This document shows, in pieces, positions 57,682 through 64,000 of a DNA stretch of 64,000 nucleotides (its first letter is position 1; every line of letters starts with the position of its first letter). The stretch covers positions 80,282 through 144,281 of the forward strand of contig CADADR010000007.1 of the NCBI GenBank assembly GCA_902786745.1, read 5' to 3'. Made by a program: the position numbers and the translations under genes. This DNA comes from an uncultured Bacteroidia bacterium. Its GTDB lineage: Bacteria; Bacteroidota; Bacteroidia; Bacteroidales; F082. The notes beneath the pieces were generated by a model that saw only the letters and a program-made list of their open reading frames with translations, was not told the origin of the DNA and ran no database searches.

Positions 57682-58314
57682 TTAATAGATTTCTTCGCTT
57701 TGCAATTCGGGCTTGTATCCTATTTCCTTGTTTTTCAGCCGATAGGCATCTCTTCGCTGATCTTCTTCAGTATACAATCCAAACATGTAATCCACTTCAG
57801 AAAGATGGTATTTGCGCGAATGGATGTAGGTAGCAATCATCTCTTTTTCCAACTTGTCCTGGGATGCCAATGAAGCGTCTTTCAAAATATGCTGGACATC
57901 GGTTCCATTGTCATAAAAATAGCGAGAAACAAGTGAAAAACGATGGCATTCTAAAGGATCGGCCTCAGAGCACATGAAAGCAATTCGGAAGCCTTTTTCC
58001 AAGCCTTTCATAACACGCTCAACGCCTTTCTTGAATAGGGGAGTCTCAACTGCTTTTTCAAAATCGACTTGGTCATTCTCATCCAAGCAATCCGTTCGTC
58101 TTGCGCCAAACTCGTCGCCAAAGTGCAAATACTGAATGTTGTGAGCCTTCAAATAGCATTTCAAACCATCTTGGTTGAATTGTGGAGAGTACTTACTAGC
58201 AGGAATGCTTCTGACATCAATCACACAATTGATGCCATGTGCATTCAGTAGTCCCATAAACTCCTCCAAAGATTGGTTGGAATGTCCTATACTATATACC
58301 TGGTAGTTATCCAT
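57682..58314 (-). CDS. DUF488-family protein (long paralogue, 210 aa)
   Basis: VYSIGHSNQSLEEF...VIDVRSIPASKYSPQF...MCSEADPLECHRF is the DUF488 signature. Confidence 0.8.
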   Translation of the reverse strand: MDNYQVYSIGHSNQSLEEFMGLLNAHGINCVIDVRSIPASKYSPQFNQDGLKCYLKAHNIQYLHFGDEFGARRTDCLDENDQVDFEKAVETPLFKKGVERVMKGLEKGFRIAFMCSEADPLECHRFSLVSRYFYDNGTDVQHILKDASLASQDKLEKEMIATYIHSRKYHLSEVDYMFGLYTEEDQRRDAYRLKNKEIGYKPELQSEEIY

Positions 58315-58339
58315 TCAAAGCTATTCAATTGTCTGGCTG

Positions 58340-58347
58340 CAAAAATA
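58340..58347 (-). promoter_or_regulatory. -7 box (rc TATTTTTG) for the DUF488 operon
   Basis: TAnnTTTG match 26 nt upstream of ATG 58314 and directly after the bcp stop. Confidence 0.5.
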
Positions 58348-58374
58348 AAGAATTATTTCCATTATCGCAACGGC

Positions 58375-58818
58375 TTATAAAATCTGTGCCGTATGGTTTT
58401 TCGTGTCCACCTTACCTATGGCATCAACGATAATGCCTTGTTCATCAATGACGTATGTGGTGCGCAGCGTGCCTTCAGTCACCTTGCCGTACATCTTTTT
58501 CTCACCCCATGCCTCGTAGGCTTTCAGGATGGTCAAGTCGGTATCGGCGATGAGATGGAAAGGCAGGTTGTATTTGGCGATGAAGTTTAGGTGCGACTTG
58601 GCGCTATCACGGCTGACGCCCAGCACGTTATAGCCCAAGGCCAAAAAGCGCTCGTAGTTGTCGCGCAGGTCACAAGCCTCGGCCGTGCAGCCCGGCGTGC
58701 TGTCCTTGGGATAGAAATAGAGCACCAGTTTCTTTCCAGCAAAATCCGTCAATTTGACGAGATTACCGTTCTCGTCTTGCCCTTCAAAGTAAGGGGCTTT
58801 TGTTCCTTTTTGCAACAT
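58375..58818 (-). CDS. bcp: thioredoxin-dependent thiol peroxidase (peroxiredoxin Bcp)
   Basis: YFYPKDSTPGCTAEAC peroxidatic Cys motif. 147 aa. Confidence 0.9.
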   Translation of the reverse strand: MLQKGTKAPYFEGQDENGNLVKLTDFAGKKLVLYFYPKDSTPGCTAEACDLRDNYERFLALGYNVLGVSRDSAKSHLNFIAKYNLPFHLIADTDLTILKAYEAWGEKKMYGKVTEGTLRTTYVIDEQGIIVDAIGKVDTKNHTAQIL

Positions 58819-58956
58819 GGCTTATATATTAGTGTGTGCAAAGTTACACATTTTGACACTAATGCAAGTAAAAACAAATAATTCGTCCACCTACCAAAAA
58901 AAAAACAGTAATTTTGCAGACGAAAACGAATACACTTTTTTAAACTTGCAATCATC

Positions 58957-60141
58957 ATGTTGAATCTTTTCACTGGTTCGGGTGTAGGTCCCACCGTTTT
59001 ATATCTCGCCTTATCCATTTTTATAGGCTTGTTATTGGGCAAAATCAAGATTGCCAAGATTTCATTAGGCATCACTTGGGTGCTCTTTGTGGGCATCGCT
59101 TTCAGTGCGTGTGGCGTCAGCCTCAACGCCGAGATGTTGCATGTCATCAAGGAGTTCGGCCTGATCCTCTTTGTGGTGGCTGTAGGCCTGCAAGTAGGTC
59201 CCGGCTTCTTCCGTTCATTCAAAAAAGGCGGCTTGGCCATGAATTTGATGGCCTTGGTCAACGTGGCATTAGGCGTTCTCATCACCTATATCATCGCCAA
59301 GGTCGCCCATCAAGACCTTGCCGACATGGCGGGCGTCTATACGGGTGCCATCACCAACACGCCTGGTCTCTCGGCGGCCCAACAAGCCGTAACCGACATC
59401 GGCATTGAAGGTGCAGCCGACCGTTTGGCAGCAGGCTATGCTGTGGCCTATCCCCTTGCGGTGGTCGGCATGATTGTGACCTGCATCCTGTTGCGTCCGC
59501 TCTGCCGCATCGACTTGGCAAAAGAGCCCACCGACCTATCAGAAACAACTCTCAATTCTAAACCCTCAACTCTAAACTCAAAAAAAGGTGGTTTTCTGCT
59601 CATTCCGATCTTCGTCATCATTGCCCTGGGCATTATTATTGGCTCCATCCCGATTCCCGTAGGCATGAAAGCACCCATTAAGTTAGGGTTGGCTGGCGGT
59701 CCTCTCGTGGTCGCCATCATCGGTGGCTGGCTGGGCGTCAAGAAAGGCTGGTTCAGCACCGACTTCACAGAGGGTCAAGGTGTGCATGCCTTGCGCGAGG
59801 TGGGCATCGCACTCTTCCTTGCCGGTGTGGGGCTAAGCGCTGGAGGACAATTTGTCGCCACCGTACAAGAGCACTATATGTGGGTCGTCTACGGTGTCAT
59901 TATTACTATGGTGCCGCCCATTTTGGTCACGCTCTTCGGACGTCTGGTTCTGAAGTTGAACTACTACACCTTGATGGGCTTCATTGGCGGCGCACACACC
60001 GACCCGCCCACATTGGCCTTCGCCAACACCGTGGCGCCCGAAGGTTGCAAACTGCCCAACATGGGTTACGCAACGGTATATCCGCTGACTATGTTTTTGC
60101 GTATTTTCACAGCGCAATTGCTGGTGCTGATGGCGGTGTAA
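58957..60141 (+). CDS. YidE/YbjL/AspT-type duplicated transporter lacking the central RCK_C (TrkA-C) domains
   Basis: Two homologous membrane halves (GxxLGxxxxG-type motifs in both) are joined by a short linker SETTLNSKPSTLNSKKGG. 394 aa. Confidence 0.65.
   Translation: MLNLFTGSGVGPTVLYLALSIFIGLLLGKIKIAKISLGITWVLFVGIAFSACGVSLNAEMLHVIKEFGLILFVVAVGLQVGPGFFRSFKKGGLAMNLMALVNVALGVLITYIIAKVAHQDLADMAGVYTGAITNTPGLSAAQQAVTDIGIEGAADRLAAGYAVAYPLAVVGMIVTCILLRPLCRIDLAKEPTDLSETTLNSKPSTLNSKKGGFLLIPIFVIIALGIIIGSIPIPVGMKAPIKLGLAGGPLVVAIIGGWLGVKKGWFSTDFTEGQGVHALREVGIALFLAGVGLSAGGQFVATVQEHYMWVVYGVIITMVPPILVTLFGRLVLKLNYYTLMGFIGGAHTDPPTLAFANTVAPEGCKLPNMGYATVYPLTMFLRIFTAQLLVLMAV
59547..59582 (-). repeat. GTTTAGA-type repeat, site 3 (reverse orientation, in frame inside the transporter CDS)
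   Basis: The reverse complement of aactctcaattctaaaccctcaactctaaactcaaa is tttgagtttagagttgagggtttagaattgagagtt, the same family as 18667-18732. Confidence 0.75.
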
Positions 60142-60181
60142 AATAATCGCCCGCTTTTGTAACGCCAGAAAGAAAAAGCAG

Positions 60182-60189
60182 TATCTTTG
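60182..60189 (+). promoter_or_regulatory. -7 box TATCTTTG ahead of riboswitch 1
   Basis: TAnnTTTG match 5 nt before the P1 stem. Confidence 0.5.
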
Positions 60190-60193
60190 CCGT

Positions 60194-60357
60194 CGATTTG
60201 CGGTGTCCCTTGCGGACTCAATAGGGAATCGGGTGTGAATCCCGGACAGTTCCCGCTGCTGTGATGGCTACAACGCTTGCCATGAATGCCACTGAAAGCC
60301 AGTCTTTCGGGAAGGCGGCAATGCGAGACCTCAGTCAGAAGACCTGCCTCAAGTCGC
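60194..60357 (+). promoter_or_regulatory. cobalamin (B12) riboswitch 1
   Basis: P1 pairs cgatttg with caagtcg. Conserved core AATAGGGAATCGGGTGTGAATCCCGGACAGTTCCCGCTGCTGTGA, then GCCACTG and GGGAAGGC. B12 box AGTCAGAAGACCTGCC (60334-60349). Confidence 0.9.
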
Positions 60358-60393
60358 TAAAAAAGACTTCCGGGAATTGAAGTTAGTAATATT

Positions 60394-61710
60394 ATGAAGA
60401 AACAATATCAAGCAGTTACGGCCGAGGAGGCCGTCAAAGTCATCAAGTCGGGCGATCACGTCCACATCAGTTCAGTTTCGAACGTTCCGCAATGTTTAGT
60501 CAAGGCCTTATGCGACAGAGGTCGCGCGGGCGAGCTCAAAAACGTATACATCCATCACCTACATACCGAGGGTGCCGCGCCATACGTCAACCCCGAATTT
60601 GAGGGCATCTTCCAACACAACGCCTTCTTCGTGGGCGCCAACGTACGTGAGAGCGTACAAAAAGGCCTCGCCGACTACATCCCCGTGTTCCTTGGTGAGA
60701 CCTCGAAGCTCTATCGTGAGCGTTACATCAAATGCAACGTGGCGATGATCCAGGTGTGTCCGCCCGACAAATTCGGCTATGTGTCGTTAGGTTCGTCGGT
60801 GGATGCCACCCTTGCCGCCATGGAGAGTGCAGAGTTCGTTATCGCCGTTGTAAACAAGCATGTGCCTCGTACCTTCGGCGACGCGTTGGTCCACATCAGC
60901 AGGATCAACATCTTTGTTGAAGATGATTCGCCATTGCTCACTGTCGACATGCCCGAGCCCAACGAGGTGGAGAAGACCATCGGTCGCTATTGCGCCGAAT
61001 TGATCGAAGACGGTGCCTGCCTGCAGATGGGCATCGGTTCCATACCCAACGCCATCCTCTCGTGCCTCCACAACCATAAAAACATCGGCATCCATACAGA
61101 GATGTTCTCCGACGGCATTCTGCCGCTTGTGAAGAAAGGCGTCATCACAGGCGACAACAAGAAACTCAACAAGGGCAAAATCGTTTCCACCTTCGTGATG
61201 GGTTCGAAGAAAATCTACGACTTCATCGATGGTAACCACGAGGTGCTGCTGATGGACGTGGAATACACCAACGACCCTTTTATCATTGCTCAACAGCCGA
61301 AGATGACTTCCATCAACTCGGGCATCCAGATCGACCTATCGGGACAGGTGTGCGCCGACTCGTTGGGTGAACGTATCTATTCAGGTGTGGGCGGACAGAT
61401 TGACTACGTCTATGGCGCCTCACGTTCCAAAGGCGGCAAGGCCATCATCGCCATGCCGTCCACCACGCGTAAGGGCATCAACAAAATCGTGCCCACCCTT
61501 GATTTGGGTTCAGGTGCTGTCACCACGCGTAACCACATTCACTGGTTCGTCACCGAATATGGTGCCGTGAACTTATATGGACGCTCGTTGCAGGAGCGAG
61601 CCAAACTCATCATCTCGGTGGCGCATCCGCAATTCCAGGAGATGCTCGACGAGGCAGCCTTCAAACGCTTTGGTCCGCATTTCCATTACCTTTGGAATAA
61701 CATCCTATAA
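60394..61710 (+). CDS. acetyl-CoA hydrolase/transferase family protein (4-hydroxybutyrate/succinate CoA-transferase-like)
   Basis: 438 aa with GIGSIPNA, HTEMFSDG and SINSGIQIDLSGQVCADS motifs typical of the family. Confidence 0.8.
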   Translation: MKKQYQAVTAEEAVKVIKSGDHVHISSVSNVPQCLVKALCDRGRAGELKNVYIHHLHTEGAAPYVNPEFEGIFQHNAFFVGANVRESVQKGLADYIPVFLGETSKLYRERYIKCNVAMIQVCPPDKFGYVSLGSSVDATLAAMESAEFVIAVVNKHVPRTFGDALVHISRINIFVEDDSPLLTVDMPEPNEVEKTIGRYCAELIEDGACLQMGIGSIPNAILSCLHNHKNIGIHTEMFSDGILPLVKKGVITGDNKKLNKGKIVSTFVMGSKKIYDFIDGNHEVLLMDVEYTNDPFIIAQQPKMTSINSGIQIDLSGQVCADSLGERIYSGVGGQIDYVYGASRSKGGKAIIAMPSTTRKGINKIVPTLDLGSGAVTTRNHIHWFVTEYGAVNLYGRSLQERAKLIISVAHPQFQEMLDEAAFKRFGPHFHYLWNNIL

Positions 61711-61718
61711 TTATATCT

Positions 61719-62315
61719 ATGTTCTCTCAAATCAACTTCGTAGAAATCTTTGGCGCCTTTATCGTCATGGCTGCCATCATCGACATCTTTGGCTCCATCC
61801 CCATCTTCATGAGCATGAAGGAGCAAAACAAGACTATCAAAGCGGGGCAGGCCTGTCTTACGGCTCTTGGGTTGTTTCTAGCCTTCTTCTTTGCTGGCGA
61901 CGCCTTGCTGAAACTTTTCGGCATCGACGCTGCCTCATTTGCCGTGGCCGGTGCTTTCGTGTTGTTCATCCTTGCCGTGGAGATGATCCTCGGCCGCGAA
62001 ATCATCAAGAATGAGGGCGGCAAAAGCGGTGCCAGCATCGTCCCCATCGCCTTCCCTTTGATTGCCGGTCCTGGTGCGCTGACCGCCTTGCTCTCACTGC
62101 GTGCCGACTATGCTGTCATCAACATCATCATCGCCTTGTTGCTCAACATTCTGTTGGACTACATCGTCATCAGCCAACTGGACCGCATCCACAAGCTCTT
62201 GGGTGATAATCTGATCTTTATTTTGCGTAAGTTTTTTGGTGTCATCCTATTGGCTATCGCCGTGAACATGTTTGTGAATAATATTCTCGTGATTATAGCG
62301 AGTGTACCGAAATAA
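61719..62315 (+). CDS. MarC-family (UPF0056) integral membrane protein
   Basis: 198 aa, six TM segments, and typical IVPIAFPLIAGPGA motif. Confidence 0.8.
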   Translation: MFSQINFVEIFGAFIVMAAIIDIFGSIPIFMSMKEQNKTIKAGQACLTALGLFLAFFFAGDALLKLFGIDAASFAVAGAFVLFILAVEMILGREIIKNEGGKSGASIVPIAFPLIAGPGALTALLSLRADYAVINIIIALLLNILLDYIVISQLDRIHKLLGDNLIFILRKFFGVILLAIAVNMFVNNILVIIASVPK

Positions 62316-62319
62316 TCCA

Positions 62320-62327
62320 TAAATTTG
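62320..62327 (+). promoter_or_regulatory. -7 box TAAATTTG ahead of riboswitch 2
   Basis: TAnnTTTG match 5 nt before the P1 stem. Confidence 0.5.
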
Positions 62328-62331
62328 CAGC

Positions 62332-62494
62332 CGATTTGTGGTGTCCTTCACGGACTCAATAGGGAATCGGGTGTGAATCCCGTACAGTTCCCGCTGCTGT
62401 GATGGCCAATCGCCTGCCACTGTGCCACTGAAAACTTAGTTTTTCGGGAAGGCGGCAGAAGCGAGGCCTCAGTCAGAAGACCTGCCTCAAGTCG
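62332..62494 (+). promoter_or_regulatory. cobalamin (B12) riboswitch 2 (close paralogue of riboswitch 1)
   Basis: Same P1 (cgatttg/caagtcg), same core and the same B12 box AGTCAGAAGACCTGCC (62471-62486). The downstream CTTCCGGGAATTG block is also shared. Confidence 0.9.
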
Positions 62495-62644
62495 CGAAAC
62501 AAGGCTTCCGGGAATTGGAGCTGGGATTCTATATTTAACAAGGTATGCCCAACGCAGGGTGTTATCTTCATTTTAGGTATTCCAACATTTTTCCAAGAAG
62601 TTTTGAGGTAAGAAACTGAATGTCTAACCTTTAAACTTATATTT

Positions 62645-64000
62645 ATGTATTCAAAATTATTTACACGATTGTTCCTATTGATAGGAATGATTGGAATGTT
62701 TTCGGTTCCTTTGAGAGCTGATGAGATTCAGATTGGTTCGGGATCACAAACCGATGCCAATCTCCCAACCCATTCCTACTACAAGTATTCCCTAACACAA
62801 CAAATTTATACCGCTGCAGAGATTGAAGAGGCGGGCGGTGGTGCAGGTACCATCAACAGCATCGCTTTTTACAACGGCGGTTCAACCAAGACCCGCAATT
62901 TCAGTGTCTATCTAGTCAACACTGATAAAGAGTCGTTCTCAAATGCCACAGACTGGATTACCGTCTCCGCCAATGATTTAGTGTTTAGCGACAACGTTGA
63001 CATGACAGCAAATGTCTGGACTACTATTACTTTCAGCAATCCTTTCTCATACGATGGCGGTAACCTGGCCGTTGTTGTGGACGACAACACTGGCAATGAT
63101 ATCAGCGGAATGGCTTGCCGTATTTTTACTGCTTCTTCCACGCAATCCATCTATTACAGAAATGATGGTACGAATCCAGACCCTACCAATCCAACGATTT
63201 CTGGCATACCAACAACGAACAAAAACCAAGTCATTTTGGACATCGAAATGGCTTCTGTCACTTGTGCCAAACCTAAGAACTTTGCAGCAACCAACATTGC
63301 CGCACATACGGCTACACTGACTTGGACCGCAGGTGCCGAAGGGCAAAACAACTGGGATGTGTATGTAACCACGACGGCCACAGACGTTCCTGATGAGAAC
63401 ACCTTGCCCACCTATCAAGTCACAGAATGCACCAAGTCCTTAAGCGGTCTAACTACACAGACTACCTATTACGCGTATGTCCGTTCCGCTTGCGGTGGCG
63501 ATGATGGTAACAGCAAATGGGCCAGCACTTCTTTCACTACCACACGCGAAGCATTAACCATTGATGCAGAAAACCCATACTCACAAGACTTTGAGGCCAA
63601 TAACGATTGGAGTTTTGCCAATGGCACATTAACTAACCAATGGCAATACGGCAATGCCACCCACAATGGTAATGGATCAAACGCCATATATATCTCGGAT
63701 GACAATGGCGCGACCAATCATTATACTAACAATAAAGCTGTCGTGGTTTACGCTTCCCAGTTGTTTAACTTCGCACAAGGCACCTACACCTTCTCTTTCG
63801 ATTGGAATGCAAACGGCGAAAGCTCCTATGATTTTCTCCGCGTGGCTTTGGTTCCTGGAGACAAAACCTTTACTGCCGGTGTCTCATTACCATCGGGAGT
63901 CACTGCAAGCGCATTACCCAGCACATGGATTGCGCTCGATGGTGGAAGCAAACTCAACCAAAGCAGTGATTGGCAAAACAAAGTAGCCGAAACTACGCTT
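62645..64000 (+). CDS. large secreted surface protein, N-terminal 452 aa (signal peptide, unknown N-domain, FN3-like module, adhesin/MAM-like module); continues past the right edge
   Basis: Open-ended, so absent from the ORF track. Own translation from ATG 62645: MYSKLFTRLFLLIGMIGMFSVPLRADEIQIGSGSQTDANLPTHSYYKYSLTQQIYTAAEIEEAGG...PKNFAATNIAAHTATLTWTAGAEGQNNWDVYV...YYAYVRSACGGDDGNSKWAS...ENPYSQDFEANNDWSFANG. No stop through 64000. Confidence 0.75.
   Translation, partial: MYSKLFTRLFLLIGMIGMFSVPLRADEIQIGSGSQTDANLPTHSYYKYSLTQQIYTAAEIEEAGGGAGTINSIAFYNGGSTKTRNFSVYLVNTDKESFSNATDWITVSANDLVFSDNVDMTANVWTTITFSNPFSYDGGNLAVVVDDNTGNDISGMACRIFTASSTQSIYYRNDGTNPDPTNPTISGIPTTNKNQVILDIEMASVTCAKPKNFAATNIAAHTATLTWTAGAEGQNNWDVYVTTTATDVPDENTLPTYQVTECTKSLSGLTTQTTYYAYVRSACGGDDGNSKWASTSFTTTREALTIDAENPYSQDFEANNDWSFANGTLTNQWQYGNATHNGNGSNAIYISDDNGATNHYTNNKAVVVYASQLFNFAQGTYTFSFDWNANGESSYDFLRVALVPGDKTFTAGVSLPSGVTASALPSTWIALDGGSKLNQSSDWQNKVAETTL

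Noticed and set aside
58749-59285. The 178-aa minus-strand ORF spanning the bcp promoter region and the start of the transporter gene.
   Set aside because: It crosses an intergenic region containing two divergent promoter boxes. It is antisense to a well-supported membrane protein and has no recognisable motifs.

Overview
The window is a gene-dense chromosomal segment from a Bacteroidota (Bacteroidales/Prevotella-like) genome. The assignment rests on three things: TAnnTTTG -7 promoter boxes ahead of most operons, a T9SS C-terminal sorting domain with a PorT-like gene, and AT-rich leaders without Shine-Dalgarno sequences. Most of the window is housekeeping. It holds lipid A genes (lpxA/C/D, lpxK, lpxH, a PagL-like deacylase), ribosomal proteins (S20, S6-S18-L9), tRNA-Glu, miaB/mtaB, tilS, gyrB, korAB plus a ferredoxin, dsbD, a natAB-like ABC pair, aspartate aminotransferase, menG and lplA. 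Five kinds of non-routine content stand out. (1) An AT-rich three-gene islet (55979-58347) encodes two divergent DUF488 proteins plus a Cys-rich/HTH/phage-like multidomain protein. (2) A Hanks-kinase::AAA+ fusion is co-transcribed with a YbjN-like small protein (45633-47785). (3) An AT-rich insertion lies between korB and a flavin reductase operon. It carries an AAA_14/DUF4143-type ATPase and a small membrane protein, is bracketed by duplicated terminator and promoter segments, and has a phased 4 x 33-bp repeat array upstream of the ATPase. (4) Several dispersed repeat families occur: a structured ~135-bp MITE-like element (2 copies), a GTTTAGA heptamer family (3 sites, one inside a transporter CDS) and a 28-nt repeat shared by the tilS CDS and the korB 3' region. 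(5) Two near-identical cobalamin riboswitches sit ahead of unusual cargo, a CoA-transferase plus MarC and a large secreted FN3/adhesin-like protein. There is also an extreme low-complexity lipoprotein (Trp/Tyr-rich, His8, Ser/Arg-rich). All calls were made by eye from the sequence and the ORF track, and no database search was possible.
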